A model generated the notes under the pieces. That model ran no database searches. It was not told the DNA's origin and saw only the letters and a program-made list of their open reading frames with translations. A stretch of 64,000 bases of DNA, taken from positions 62,001 through 126,000 of IMG/VR virus record IMGVR_UViG_3300042540_001399; one strand, written 5' to 3'. Within the stretch, counting starts at the first letter, position 1; each line of letters starts with the position of its first letter. The position numbers and the translations under genes are program-made. Below, one piece after another: positions 20,532-30,710 of this stretch.

Positions 20532-21584
20532 GTGGGACAAACAGATAGACCTAAACCAGTACTTGCACCCAGGAATGAATGTGATGTTATTACAATTTTT
20601 CCTATGGGGGCAAAATGTTTTACAAAAGAACCAACTAATGTAACAACATTTGATGGTGCGGTTTCGGTTGGTATTACAGGGGGAACACCACCATATACTA
20701 TAGCTTGGGAAAATGGTAATGTTGCGCCGGCAATAACAAATTTAGGTGTCGGTGAATATAACGTAACAATTACAGATTCCTACGGTGATTTTGTTATAAA
20801 CCAAAAATGTGTTCTCAACGCCACACCACTTCCAACTCCAACTCCAACTCCAACACCGACCATAACTCCAACACCGACCATAACTCCAACACCTTCTGTA
20901 ACACCAACATCAACTCCTATACCAACATTGACACCATCGGCAACACCAGAACCTTTAATTTGTTTTACCACTGAATATGAATTTTTAGGTCCGATTTATA
21001 CATCAATGTCATCAACAGGACAATATAATGGAAGACCATACTACGAACTAATAGGTCTTGGTGGAAGTGCTTTTGTTTGGTGGAATTCCGGATTGTCAAG
21101 ATGGGAAATGACATTATTCTTAGGTGGTGGTCTACTTTTGGCATATTTACCAAGTACTAATTCTTTTCCTGTTGACCAAACAGTTGATTGGGTAAATGTA
21201 AGAACTGTTTATATGTTAACATCATATGGGCTTTGTAGTTATCCACCAACAGAAATGTGTTTTGAAGTTTTAAAGAATGACCCACCAACAACACTGATAT
21301 GTAATGGATATATTGTTGGTACTTATAATAATAAGTTTTATTTTGCAATATACAGTCCTGTAACGTCACCACCAACATTAATTGGGTATGTATTTTGGGA
21401 TGATGTTGACAACAGATGGGAATGTTGGCAAACTTTTAACCCATCTACAGGCCCCACAGGAAGTTTTTATGCTTATTTATCAAATAACGCTAATTACCCA
21501 AATAGTACAATTTCTCAAAACTGGGTTTCAAACCCACTTGTGACATATGGAATAAACAGTTCTTCACTAGGGACTTGTCAGTAA
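20532..21584 (+). CDS. Fibre-like protein: SprB-like repeat, Pro-Thr linker, two tandem aromatic modules (GTG start)
   Basis: GITGGTPPYTIAW...NLGVGEYNVTITDSYG. PT tract at 20823-20954. Duplicated YN(G/N)+..Y...W....RWE module. Confidence 0.65.
   Translation: MGQTDRPKPVLAPRNECDVITIFPMGAKCFTKEPTNVTTFDGAVSVGITGGTPPYTIAWENGNVAPAITNLGVGEYNVTITDSYGDFVINQKCVLNATPLPTPTPTPTPTITPTPTITPTPSVTPTSTPIPTLTPSATPEPLICFTTEYEFLGPIYTSMSSTGQYNGRPYYELIGLGGSAFVWWNSGLSRWEMTLFLGGGLLLAYLPSTNSFPVDQTVDWVNVRTVYMLTSYGLCSYPPTEMCFEVLKNDPPTTLICNGYIVGTYNNKFYFAIYSPVTSPPTLIGYVFWDDVDNRWECWQTFNPSTGPTGSFYAYLSNNANYPNSTISQNWVSNPLVTYGINSSSLGTCQ
20823..20954 (+). repeat. Pro-Thr low-complexity coding repeat
   Basis: [44 protein letters not shown]. 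Confidence 0.9.
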
Positions 21585-21597
21585 AATACTAATTTAA

Positions 21598-22593
21598 ATG
21601 AATTTGTGTGTAGTTACAGAAGTTTTAGAAAATAGGGAAAGAAAAATAGAAACCTATAATTTTATTGAATCCGAAATGTTGAACGGTAAAAGTTCTTGGG
21701 TTTTTGAAGAACAATATTTTTTATATTGGTCTACTGGTACAACAAATCAGTGGATTTTAAGTGGGTTTCCAAATACTTTTATTTATACATTTTCGAATAC
21801 AGAAATACCTTTCACTAATTGGCAAATTTTAGGATCAAGACCCCCAAAACAAATAACAAACTTAAGAATAACAACTGGTGAGTGTGAAAATAATGTCGTG
21901 GTAGATTATAATGTTAATATTAAAAACAGTTCTTGTAAATGTGATGGTATTATATCAATAGATCCATTTAGCGGAACAGAACCATTTACATATTATCTAA
22001 ACGGTCAAATACAGACAGGAAACATAATTCAAAATTTATGTAGTGGTAGATATGTTATTACGGTTGAAGACGTAAACGGAAACACAACAATTAAAGAAGT
22101 AGTAATACCACAAAATGATGTTACCCAATATTTTGTCACGTTGAATTTTGATAAAACAACGGGATATTTTAATATTTTTTGTAACCCAAGTTTAAACAAT
22201 AACATTCAGTTAAGTTTAGATTTAGTGTATCAAAACACACTCAAATATAAACCTAATTTTGGTGATGTAAGTCAAAATACAAATGAACAAATTATTTTAA
22301 ATGGAAATGACATAGGACAGTATACTACCAAAATTGATAATACACAGTCTACGCCACTTTTGAGACCCTGTGTTGGTAATAATTACAATAACGTTACAAC
22401 TAAAGAATGGAAAAATTTAATTATTGGTAATGGTGATACTTTGGAAGGTTACATTAGTAGTGATTTAATCTATAATGTAGATTTGAAAACACCTTGTTTA
22501 AGTGCATCACAGGATCTTGTACTTAATTTGAATAATCTTAGATTAATAAATTGTGAATGTTGTAATGTTACAAAAGTTATTATTAACAAATAA
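21598..22593 (+). CDS. Fibre-associated protein with one SprB-like repeat (331 aa)
   Basis: CKCDGIISIDPFSGTEPFTYYL...NLCSGRYVITVEDVNG. Confidence 0.55.
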   Translation: MNLCVVTEVLENRERKIETYNFIESEMLNGKSSWVFEEQYFLYWSTGTTNQWILSGFPNTFIYTFSNTEIPFTNWQILGSRPPKQITNLRITTGECENNVVVDYNVNIKNSSCKCDGIISIDPFSGTEPFTYYLNGQIQTGNIIQNLCSGRYVITVEDVNGNTTIKEVVIPQNDVTQYFVTLNFDKTTGYFNIFCNPSLNNNIQLSLDLVYQNTLKYKPNFGDVSQNTNEQIILNGNDIGQYTTKIDNTQSTPLLRPCVGNNYNNVTTKEWKNLIIGNGDTLEGYISSDLIYNVDLKTPCLSASQDLVLNLNNLRLINCECCNVTKVIINK

Positions 22594-22621
22594 AAAAAGT
22601 TATTTAATATTTATTATTTAA

Positions 22622-25210
22622 ATGGCATATATAATTAAAAATACATCGGGATTGGTTAACACAAGAGTTACCGATACAGGTAGACAAAAGTTATCACAAG
22701 GTAACTTCAAAGTTGCCTATTTCCAAATTGGGGATAGTGAAATATCATACGATAAATTACCTTCTAATTATAACTTTACAAATTCCTTTGTTTTAGAACC
22801 AGCATTTAATACTCAAAATTCTGCAGGTGTTCCAGAGTCAAATAGACAAAGCATTAAATATCCATACTATGTTGATGGAACTAGTGGATCTACTTATGGA
22901 ATACCTTACATGGATTCTACGATAGATCCTGTTTATAATAGGGCACCACTAAGAGGGTTTTTTACAGGAAACACAACCGCAAGTACAGTCGTTTGGAGTG
23001 CATTAACTAACAATCAATACGTGGTTTCTTCAAACTATATTATTGATATGTCAACTCTAAATGGTACTAATAAAGTTGATTTAATTTATTCTGGATGTAA
23101 TTATACAAATACAAACAAACCATCTATTGGGGATTTAATTACAATATATTATGATGGTTTTGGTGAGTATGACTGTAATTGTGTTAATTTACCAACACCG
23201 ACTCCTACACCTACACCGTCAATCACACCAACCGAAACTATCACACCAACTCCAACACCAAGTATCACACCTAATTATAACCCTTGTGCATCGCCAACCC
23301 CAACACCAACTCCAACAAGGACACCGTGTTTAACACCTACTCCGAGTAGACTTTGTCCTCCACCACCGCCACCAAGTTGTGTTATGTCTATGAATTCATG
23401 TTATCAAATTCTGACATATAGAATAATTGATATATGTGAAAATACTATAACACTTGATAGAAACACACCCGATTTTTGTGGTACAGTAATAACACATTGT
23501 TACGCACGTACATTGATCTATCCGCCAAATATGACTTCTATTTATGATAGTATAACTCCAAGTCCACATTGGGGCGAACAAGTAATCGATTTTGAATCTA
23601 TTTGTGATACAGATCAATTTGATGTGAAAATATGGAACATGAATATTCCATGGACCGAAAATCCCGCTGGTATGATACCTACAAAATATGAAGGATATCA
23701 ATATTTTGGTTCAGTTGATTATATAGGATCAAAAGAATACTTTGGATACAATTCAAATTCAGGACAAACATTTTTTATCAATAATACTTTGAGTGCTGAG
23801 ACTACAGATACTTTTTATTACAATTCTTTAGGTGAAATCGTCAAAGTACAACCCGAAGAACAAAAGGCAATTGCCATCATACATTATACTAATCAAACAA
23901 TTGATTTCTTTTATGGTGAAAAATTTGCACTGGAACCGTATGATCCAAGCAACTTAGACGATACAACAGGACAGGCTAGAAATTTTAGACTTCATATACC
24001 TTGGTTGATGTGGCATAAGAATCCTGAATGTTGTTTTGGTCAAACTTTTTGGGTTGATCCTCCAGGATTTGAAGGTAAAAATCTTTTTGATGTTAGATAT
24101 GTTCAGACAACTAGAAATGATGATATGAATAATCCCGGTATTAGATATTATCATTTGTGGGATACTAATAAAAACAAAAACGGTTTACCTAATCGAATTG
24201 GTAAAGTTTTCCCTGATAGTAAATTAATTATTATTGACGATGAAGAAATAATTGCCGCGATGTCTTATAAGGCAAATAGAAATTGGACTTTGCCGGCACC
24301 TCAATTATCGCTTATAACCCCAAATACTTGTGGATTAGCGTCTTTAACTGCTGATGGGGTTTTGACAGGTCATGGTGAAACTATGTATGTCACTTATAGG
24401 TTTACAAATAAAACTTGTAGTACAAATTCACTTCATTGCAATTACTATGTAAAACTTGTTGGGAATAATAATGATTGTACGCCTAATGTTTCACAAAATG
24501 TTGCCATTAGATTTGGTCGCGAATTTAATTGTTTGGATTATATGATACCAACAACAACGACGACAACGATACCAATATTTACTACTACAACTACAATTCC
24601 ATTCACAACTACAACAACAACAGATCCTTTTCCATTAACAACGACTACAACTTTTTGGCCGTACACCACAAGTACAACAACAATATGCCCACCTTCTTGT
24701 AATATAAATAAAGGTTTCTTTGCTGAATCATTCCAAGTTTTATGTCAGAAAGTGAAAACAGGACAAAGACCGGATCCATCAAGTTGGAAAATAATTGATT
24801 ACACACAAGACTTAGGTAATTTAGTAACACAAGATACTTTGACAAACAATACTTTTGTTATAACGAAAGATCTTTACGATAAGGCTCCATATTACGACTT
24901 GGGTAGTTATATAAACTTGACTAAATTAGGAAATGACAAACCTGATTTAAATTTTGGTGACGAATATTATTTTTACGGTTCCTTTGAATCAGATATAATG
25001 GCAACCATATATCAGATGAAATATAAGATAAATTTAAATTTTACAGAATTTCAAAATTCAACTAACCCAACATGGAAACAAGGAACAAAATCATTCGTAA
25101 CCGAAATTGCATTATTGGATGAGGATAAAGACATTCTTGTAATGTCAAAGTTACAATCACCTGTGTTAAGACAAGGAATACAACAGTATTTAGTCAAACT
25201 TGACTTTTAA
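22622..25210 (+). CDS. Tail/baseplate-fibre junction-like protein with PT, poly-Pro and poly-Thr linkers (862 aa)
   Basis: N-terminal [25 protein letters not shown] and C-terminal [18 protein letters not shown] resemble the two ends of tail-collar fibre (DUF3751-like) domains. Confidence 0.55.
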   Translation: MAYIIKNTSGLVNTRVTDTGRQKLSQGNFKVAYFQIGDSEISYDKLPSNYNFTNSFVLEPAFNTQNSAGVPESNRQSIKYPYYVDGTSGSTYGIPYMDSTIDPVYNRAPLRGFFTGNTTASTVVWSALTNNQYVVSSNYIIDMSTLNGTNKVDLIYSGCNYTNTNKPSIGDLITIYYDGFGEYDCNCVNLPTPTPTPTPSITPTETITPTPTPSITPNYNPCASPTPTPTPTRTPCLTPTPSRLCPPPPPPSCVMSMNSCYQILTYRIIDICENTITLDRNTPDFCGTVITHCYARTLIYPPNMTSIYDSITPSPHWGEQVIDFESICDTDQFDVKIWNMNIPWTENPAGMIPTKYEGYQYFGSVDYIGSKEYFGYNSNSGQTFFINNTLSAETTDTFYYNSLGEIVKVQPEEQKAIAIIHYTNQTIDFFYGEKFALEPYDPSNLDDTTGQARNFRLHIPWLMWHKNPECCFGQTFWVDPPGFEGKNLFDVRYVQTTRNDDMNNPGIRYYHLWDTNKNKNGLPNRIGKVFPDSKLIIIDDEEIIAAMSYKANRNWTLPAPQLSLITPNTCGLASLTADGVLTGHGETMYVTYRFTNKTCSTNSLHCNYYVKLVGNNNDCTPNVSQNVAIRFGREFNCLDYMIPTTTTTTIPIFTTTTTIPFTTTTTTDPFPLTTTTTFWPYTTSTTTICPPSCNINKGFFAESFQVLCQKVKTGQRPDPSSWKIIDYTQDLGNLVTQDTLTNNTFVITKDLYDKAPYYDLGSYINLTKLGNDKPDLNFGDEYYFYGSFESDIMATIYQMKYKINLNFTEFQNSTNPTWKQGTKSFVTEIALLDEDKDILVMSKLQSPVLRQGIQQYLVKLDF
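23192..23374 (+). repeat. Pro-Thr and poly-Pro coding repeat
   Basis: [27 protein letters not shown]...[11 protein letters not shown]...CPPPPPPSC. Confidence 0.9.
24548..24690 (+). repeat. Poly-Thr mucin-like coding repeat
   Basis: [48 protein letters not shown]. Confidence 0.9.
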
Positions 25211-25258
25211 CCTTTAATTTTTTTTCATTTAAATTATTTTATAACTAAAACCAACTTT

Positions 25259-25858
25259 ATGGCTAAAATCAAAAATTCACCAAAAGTCTTAGGATTAGAT
25301 ATATCTACTAAAACAATTGGTTGGGCTTTGTTCGATATACAAAGTCAACAACTTTTAGAACTAACACACGTTTCCCCAAGACCAAAAATGAAAGAAGATG
25401 AAAAATTAAAAGAGTTACTTTTAAAATGTGAAATCTTTAGAGAAAAATTGATACAATACAAAAATTTAGGAATTGTCAGTGTGGTAATTGAAGAACCACT
25501 TCTTAATTCGAATAATATCTATACAATCCAAACCCTGTTAAGATTTAATAGTTTTATTTTCAAAGAAATATATGAAATATTAAATGTTGTACCTGAATTT
25601 ATATCAACATATAATTCCCGTAAATTTGCTTTTCCTGAATTAGTCCAAGAAAATGAAAAGAAAAAATTTGTTTTGTTTGGAGGTCTACCAAAAGATATTG
25701 ATAAGAAAATGATTATATGGGAAAAAGTTGCTAAAAGAGAACCACAAATAAAATGGTTATACACAAGAAATAATACACTTAAAAAAGAAAATTTTGACCA
25801 AACAGATGCATATACCTGTGTTTTAGGATATATGAGATCTAAAGAAATTTGGAAATGA
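25259..25858 (+). CDS. RuvC-like Holliday junction resolvase
   Basis: VLGLDISTKTIGWA, VVIEEP, DQTDAY give the RNase H-fold D, E, D/D catalytic set. Confidence 0.8.
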   Translation: MAKIKNSPKVLGLDISTKTIGWALFDIQSQQLLELTHVSPRPKMKEDEKLKELLLKCEIFREKLIQYKNLGIVSVVIEEPLLNSNNIYTIQTLLRFNSFIFKEIYEILNVVPEFISTYNSRKFAFPELVQENEKKKFVLFGGLPKDIDKKMIIWEKVAKREPQIKWLYTRNNTLKKENFDQTDAYTCVLGYMRSKEIWK

Positions 25859-25887
25859 TATCGTTCAAAATACCGATAATTTGAAAT

Positions 25888-25913
25888 ATCGTCTTTTTAG
25901 ACGATTTTTTTTT
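25888..25913 (+). terminator. Intrinsic terminator
   Basis: Stem atcgtct/agacgat, 4-nt loop, long T-run, downstream of the RuvC-like gene. Confidence 0.7.
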
Positions 25914-25929
25914 ATTCAAAAAAAATTAT

Positions 25930-25937
25930 TATATTTG
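25930..25937 (+). promoter_or_regulatory. Bacteroidota-type -7 element (TATATTTG)
   Basis: TAnnTTTG 24 nt before the ATG at 25962, right after a terminator. No clear -33 TTTG. Confidence 0.55.
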
Positions 25938-25961
25938 TAAAATAAACAAATAAAAATAACT

Positions 25962-26378
25962 ATGAAAATCTTATCTTTGGTTTTTTCACTATTATTAACT
26001 TTTAATTTTTTTTCTCAACAAGTCGTAATTCAAGTAGATGAAGTTCAGTCATACTTTGGTGATACTACATCAACCATGACAGAAATATTTGAAAAAAAAT
26101 ATAACTTGGAACCACAACATAAAAATTGTAGGTATATAATCGATTTTACAAATAATAAAGCAAGTTTTTTTAGAGATGGGGAACTTATTGATCACGGATC
26201 TATAAAAGTAGGGCATGAAAACGAATATACAGTTGTTGAGTTTCTTAACGACGGATTTAATTATGGACTAATTTTAAATTTAGATATCCATAATGAATTG
26301 GTAGTTCTTTATCAAATAGATAATGATAAGGTTGAGTATATGAATTTCACTAGATTTCAGATTCTTAAACCAATGTAG
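25962..26378 (+). CDS. Secreted hypothetical protein (signal peptide followed by Gln)
   Basis: [20 protein letters not shown] is a Sec signal with predicted +1 Gln. Confidence 0.6.
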   Translation: MKILSLVFSLLLTFNFFSQQVVIQVDEVQSYFGDTTSTMTEIFEKKYNLEPQHKNCRYIIDFTNNKASFFRDGELIDHGSIKVGHENEYTVVEFLNDGFNYGLILNLDIHNELVVLYQIDNDKVEYMNFTRFQILKPM

Positions 26379-26400
26379 AAATATTTTTTTTTATAATACT

Positions 26401-28017
26401 TTAGTGAATTGAATCTGAACAAAGATCTATAATAGTTCCACCGGCCATAGAAGCCCCATTACCCGAAATTGTTATTGTGGTATATGGTACATCGTTTGAA
26501 AAGGTGAATATTCCCGATCCAATATCACCGTATGGTGCATTTTGTGGACAAGGTATTGCGGAAATTACGTTCCCATTAATTTTTGCACAACAACTACTAC
26601 AAGTACTTATCACTGGATTACCTGTATTTGTTGTGATTATAAATTCTTCGTAAACAGTTGATGAAATGTAATTGTAATTTATGAATCTAAGCGTTACATT
26701 ATTAACAGGACTATCAAAAGTTAGAGTGTAAGTAAATGGGTTGTTTCCTGGTAAAATATCATTACCCAAATATAAAAAGTTGTCTTCTACATTTGGACCC
26801 GAAATACACCAACCTAAAAATCCACCAAAAGTTCCCGCTTCTATTTTTCCAGTACCACTACCTGTAATATTAACACCGTTAACAACTATTGAATTACCAA
26901 CTTGAGGTAATGTTACAACTTGTGAACATTCAAAACAACCAGGTGGTGTTGTAGGTGTGGGAGTTGGTGTTGCTGTAGGCGTTGGTGTAGGTGTTTGGGA
27001 AGGACTTGGGATACAATCTAAACATTTACCTTCATTTTCAGGACCTAATTCTGAAATTAATTCTATTTGATCTACACCACTTATGTTATCAACCAAACCT
27101 ATGAAGGTTGCACAAATTGATTCGTTGTTTATTATAGTTTTATAAACATATCCTTCTAAAGGAATTTCACCATTTATTAACAATAATTCGGTTGAGTAAT
27201 ATTCTATACCTGTGAAACAATCTCTGAATTTCTTACTACTTGAACATCTAATGTAATCATCAATCACATTAAATGTTACTTGACCAGAAACCAAACAATT
27301 TATTGTAGGTGTTGGTGTTGGACTTGGAGTTTCACTTGGAGTTGGAGTTGGTGTTGGTGTGAATGTTATTCCTGTTGCTTGAAAACTCAAACTATTACAA
27401 ACATTTGATGGTGTCGGTGTAGGTGTCGGTGTAGGTGTCGGTGTTTTTGTCGGGGTGACAGTAGGTGTTGGTGTAATGTCACAATTAAAATATGCTTCAA
27501 AATCTATTAGCTCACAACTTGGAAAAGTTGTTGATGTAGTTATGACACAGTATCCTTCAGAAAAAAATGAATCACATAAATCAGGACAATCACTTGTACA
27601 TGGACTTTTACCAAATAGTAAACACGGCTCATCAAGGTCGTTAGCCAAACACCAACAATTCTCATCAGAACTATAGTATATTACAAAATCACCAGTCCCA
27701 CCTGTGTAATAAGGAAGTCCATTATATGTTCCATTCGAAGTGTAGTTACCATCGTACAACGATGTCCCTGAAATACAATACTGATTTGAACACGGACAAT
27801 CATCAATGGAATCAATCCCCGATATTTGTTTATATTCTAAAACTATTGACCCATTTGAATAGTACCCGTTTGTTGCTTCTGAAGTACAGATTGAATCGAA
27901 ATATAAAATTGTACCAAGATTCAAATCATTCCCATACAATGGTATAATCAAAGGTTCTGAACATAATTCAGGGTCAATAGTTGAGTTTGAAAAATATCCT
28001 AAAAAAATACAAGCCAT
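26401..28017 (-). CDS. Cys-rich fibre-like protein with three Pro-Thr linkers (538 aa)
   Basis: Three PT tracts separate Cys-rich modules. Contains the GTYNGLPYY...W module shared with 20532. Confidence 0.65.
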   Translation of the reverse strand: MACIFLGYFSNSTIDPELCSEPLIIPLYGNDLNLGTILYFDSICTSEATNGYYSNGSIVLEYKQISGIDSIDDCPCSNQYCISGTSLYDGNYTSNGTYNGLPYYTGGTGDFVIYYSSDENCWCLANDLDEPCLLFGKSPCTSDCPDLCDSFFSEGYCVITTSTTFPSCELIDFEAYFNCDITPTPTVTPTKTPTPTPTPTPTPSNVCNSLSFQATGITFTPTPTPTPSETPSPTPTPTINCLVSGQVTFNVIDDYIRCSSSKKFRDCFTGIEYYSTELLLINGEIPLEGYVYKTIINNESICATFIGLVDNISGVDQIELISELGPENEGKCLDCIPSPSQTPTPTPTATPTPTPTTPPGCFECSQVVTLPQVGNSIVVNGVNITGSGTGKIEAGTFGGFLGWCISGPNVEDNFLYLGNDILPGNNPFTYTLTFDSPVNNVTLRFINYNYISSTVYEEFIITTNTGNPVISTCSSCCAKINGNVISAIPCPQNAPYGDIGSGIFTFSNDVPYTTITISGNGASMAGGTIIDLCSDSIH

Positions 28018-28018
28018 T

Positions 28019-28234
28019 TTATACTTCTATTATGTTTGTTTTTATACATTCATTGTCATCGATTACTTTTACTACAAACTGTGAAAAACTTGAATATATT
28101 GAAGGTATTTCAAATGTATACGGGGCGGTTGTAATTGTGTCGACATATATACATGTAGTTAATCCCGTATTACATACCCAAACATCAAAAGGTGATGAAC
28201 CGGCAAGATTTGTTATTGTTACTGTTGTAGGCAT
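28019..28234 (-). CDS. Small structural protein, stand-alone ~70 aa Cys domain paralogue
   Basis: VTITN...PFDVWVC...CIYVDTI...VKVIDDNEC aligns with 15514 and 17696. TATTTAT at 28250-28256 on the minus strand. Confidence 0.65.
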   Translation of the reverse strand: MPTTVTITNLAGSSPFDVWVCNTGLTTCIYVDTITTAPYTFEIPSIYSSFSQFVVKVIDDNECIKTNIIEV

Positions 28235-28281
28235 AATTTTCTGTCTTAAATAAATATAGAAAAATAGAAAAACATGTGAAG

Positions 28282-28312
28282 TTGATAAATTTAAATAATG
28301 TACCTATCTTTT
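28282..28312 (+). promoter_or_regulatory. Candidate middle promoter TTGATA-N17-TATCTTTT
   Basis: Same architecture as the motifs at 31114, 35682 and 48670. Directly upstream of the primase. Confidence 0.55.
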
Positions 28313-28317
28313 AAAAG

Positions 28318-29220
28318 ATGGAAGAACAAGAAGCTTTAGTTGAGTTATTAGAAGAAGTTTTAGGTAGTCACGGACTTCACTATCCCAATAGGGGTCAAAT
28401 ATCTTTTAATTGCCCTGTTTGTGACGAAGAAAGAAACAAACATAATTTGGAAGTGAACTACTTCAACGGAGTTTACAAATGTTGGGCTTGTGGTGATAGT
28501 GAAAACACACACGGTTCTTTAGGAAAATTATTTGACAAATACGGAACTAGAAAACAAAAAAAATTGTACAAAATTCTAAGACCCGAAGAAGAACAAAAAG
28601 TGGTAAGAAAAAAAAAACCAAAAGTTGTTTTACCTGAAAATTTTATATTATTTAAAGAATCAAACCCAATCTATCCTGTAAGAAGACAGGCATATAATTA
28701 CTTAAAAAGTAGGGGAATAACTGAAGATATCATAGAAAAGTTTGGAATCGGATTTTGCGATAAAGGTAGTCACCAAGGAAGAATAATTATTCCATCATAT
28801 GATAACAAGGGTAATTTGAATTATTATGTTGGTAGAAGTTGGGACCCACACAGTAGGGCGAAATATCGAAATCCTGAGGCAGAAAAAGAAAAAATTATTT
28901 TTTGGGAAAATTTAATAGATTGGAATAAAGATATTTACTTAGTGGAAGGTGCTTTTGATGGGATGTTTTTGGATAACCCAGTTGTAATGTTAGGTAAACA
29001 CATGTCTGAATTATTGTTCGAAACAATTTATAACAAGGCTAAGGCTAATGTAATTATTTGTTTAGACGGTGATGCATGGGAAAACGCTGTGAACCTTTAT
29101 CACGAATTAAATGGTGGTGAACTTTGGGGTAAAATTAAAATTGTCAAACTTCCAAAAGACAGGGACGTTTGTGATCTGAAGGGTGAAATAAATGAATATT
29201 ATTATGAAATTAAAGATTGA
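28318..29220 (+). CDS. DNA primase (Zn finger + TOPRIM)
   Basis: CPVC...CWAC zinc-binding domain, GRIIIP...YYVGRS, TOPRIM LVEGAFDG...CLDGD. Confidence 0.9.
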   Translation: MEEQEALVELLEEVLGSHGLHYPNRGQISFNCPVCDEERNKHNLEVNYFNGVYKCWACGDSENTHGSLGKLFDKYGTRKQKKLYKILRPEEEQKVVRKKKPKVVLPENFILFKESNPIYPVRRQAYNYLKSRGITEDIIEKFGIGFCDKGSHQGRIIIPSYDNKGNLNYYVGRSWDPHSRAKYRNPEAEKEKIIFWENLIDWNKDIYLVEGAFDGMFLDNPVVMLGKHMSELLFETIYNKAKANVIICLDGDAWENAVNLYHELNGGELWGKIKIVKLPKDRDVCDLKGEINEYYYEIKD

Positions 29221-30083
29221 TGGATTTATATAAAGTTGCAGAAGAAATAAGAAATATCTTATCTGAAAGACAAAAAGAGTTCAAATTAACTTTTGAAGAA
29301 GATACTCACAAATATACAATGTTGAGTTTAGATGGGGAATTAAGGTCGGACTACCCATCAGTTTCAAAAGTTATGAAGCTTTTTTATGATGAATTTCCTT
29401 CCGAACAAAAAGCATTTGATATGGCCGGTGGAAATCCTGATGAAGCCGAACGAATCTTAGCTGAGTGGGCGGAAAAAGGTAAAAAGTCAACCAACATGGG
29501 ATCAAGAGTTCACTATTTTTTAGAAGAACATGTGTTAAAAGTTTTTAATCAAAACAAACAAGTCAGAGAACCAATTTTTGAATGTGATGCACAACAAATA
29601 GTAGTTAGTGATACTATGATTGTTGCAGGTAAAAACTATATTGATCTATTGAAACAAAGAGGTTGTGTTTTGTTAGATACAGAAATAGTTTTAGGTCACC
29701 CTGAGTTAGGTTATACGGGTCAACCAGATAAAGTTTGGATAGTGTTAAGTACAAAAAATGAGATAGGTTTATTAATTACCGATTGGAAAACTAATCAGGA
29801 AAAGAATTTTTTAGTTCAAAGATATACTAAACCAATGAGAAAGCCATTTGAGTACTTACCAAATAATGCATTAGGTCATTATAAAACACAATTACCGTTA
29901 TATGGTAAGTTGCTTATTAAAATGTTGGAAGGCACAAAATATGAAAAAATACCCTTACTTGGATGTATAATTGTAAGACTAACAGAAGATCGTGAATACG
30001 TGGAATATAGGGTTGATAAATCAACAATTACAACTATACTTGAGATGGACATTAAATCAAAATTGAATAAATTAAAAAAATAA
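29217..30083 (+). CDS. PD-(D/E)XK exonuclease
   Basis: PSVSKVMK, GSRVH, DTE, YTGQPDKV, ITDWKT, YKTQLPLY. Confidence 0.8.
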   Translation: MMDLYKVAEEIRNILSERQKEFKLTFEEDTHKYTMLSLDGELRSDYPSVSKVMKLFYDEFPSEQKAFDMAGGNPDEAERILAEWAEKGKKSTNMGSRVHYFLEEHVLKVFNQNKQVREPIFECDAQQIVVSDTMIVAGKNYIDLLKQRGCVLLDTEIVLGHPELGYTGQPDKVWIVLSTKNEIGLLITDWKTNQEKNFLVQRYTKPMRKPFEYLPNNALGHYKTQLPLYGKLLIKMLEGTKYEKIPLLGCIIVRLTEDREYVEYRVDKSTITTILEMDIKSKLNKLKK

Positions 30084-30089
30084 TATAAA

Positions 30090-30305
30090 ATGGATGAAAT
30101 TATAAAACCAAGGATTGACCTCAAGTCACAAGAAACGGTAAAGTGTGAAAAGTGTGAATCAAAATTCTTCAAAGAAGTCACAATGATTAAGAAAGTTCCA
30201 AAACTTTTAACAGGTAGTTCTGAAGACACTTTAGTACCATTCCCAACATACATGTGCAATGAGTGTGGACATGTAAATAAAGACTTTGAACTTTTTATTG
30301 ACTAA
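30090..30305 (+). CDS. Small zinc-ribbon protein
   Basis: CEKC...CNECGH. Confidence 0.7.
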   Translation: MDEIIKPRIDLKSQETVKCEKCESKFFKEVTMIKKVPKLLTGSSEDTLVPFPTYMCNECGHVNKDFELFID

Positions 30306-30451
30306 TGGAAATAGGTAAAATGACCATAAGCGAAGCGTATCCACACCTGAAAACTGTGGCATTAGCTTATGGATTAAAACTAAACAGAGCTAAGGAATTT
30401 AAGTTCGCAAGAATTGTTTTAGCAAACCTTTATTGTAGAGAATTAGTATGA
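30305..30451 (+). CDS. Small hypothetical protein (48 aa, not in ORF track)
   Basis: MEIGKMTISEAYPHLK...CRELV. Start overlaps the upstream stop (TAATG) and stop overlaps the next start (ATGA). Confidence 0.55.
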   Translation: MEIGKMTISEAYPHLKTVALAYGLKLNRAKEFKFARIVLANLYCRELV

Positions 30452-30672
30452 CACACAAAGAATTTTATATTTGGTTAGAAGGATACCTTCACGGTAAACT
30501 TGAAAACAAACAGATAGATATTGCACCTATTGTGGAAAAGATGAGTCAAGTTAAGGATGAACCTAAAATTGGTATTGCTGAACCATACCGAGTCCCTATA
30601 CCCGTAAATCCTTTTCCTGTGAAAGACGATCCATATAAACCTCCTTACGAAGTTTTGTGTAATCAAAAATAA
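30448..30672 (+). CDS. Hypothetical protein (74 aa)
   Basis: Translationally coupled to the previous ORF. EFYIWLEGYL motif. Confidence 0.6.
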   Translation: MTHKEFYIWLEGYLHGKLENKQIDIAPIVEKMSQVKDEPKIGIAEPYRVPIPVNPFPVKDDPYKPPYEVLCNQK

Positions 30673-30710
30673 TTTTTTTAATTATAGGTATATTTATCAA
30701 TAAAAAAAAT

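Noticed and set aside
25259-25858. TnpB/Cas12-like or transposase RuvC
   Set aside because: Only 199 aa, with no Zn finger, HTH, terminal repeats or guide-RNA-sized flank. It fits a stand-alone Holliday junction resolvase.
29217-30083. Cas4 / CRISPR-associated function
   Set aside because: No Fe-S Cys cluster, no cas genes and no array. A primase-linked PD-(D/E)XK exonuclease is ordinary in phages.
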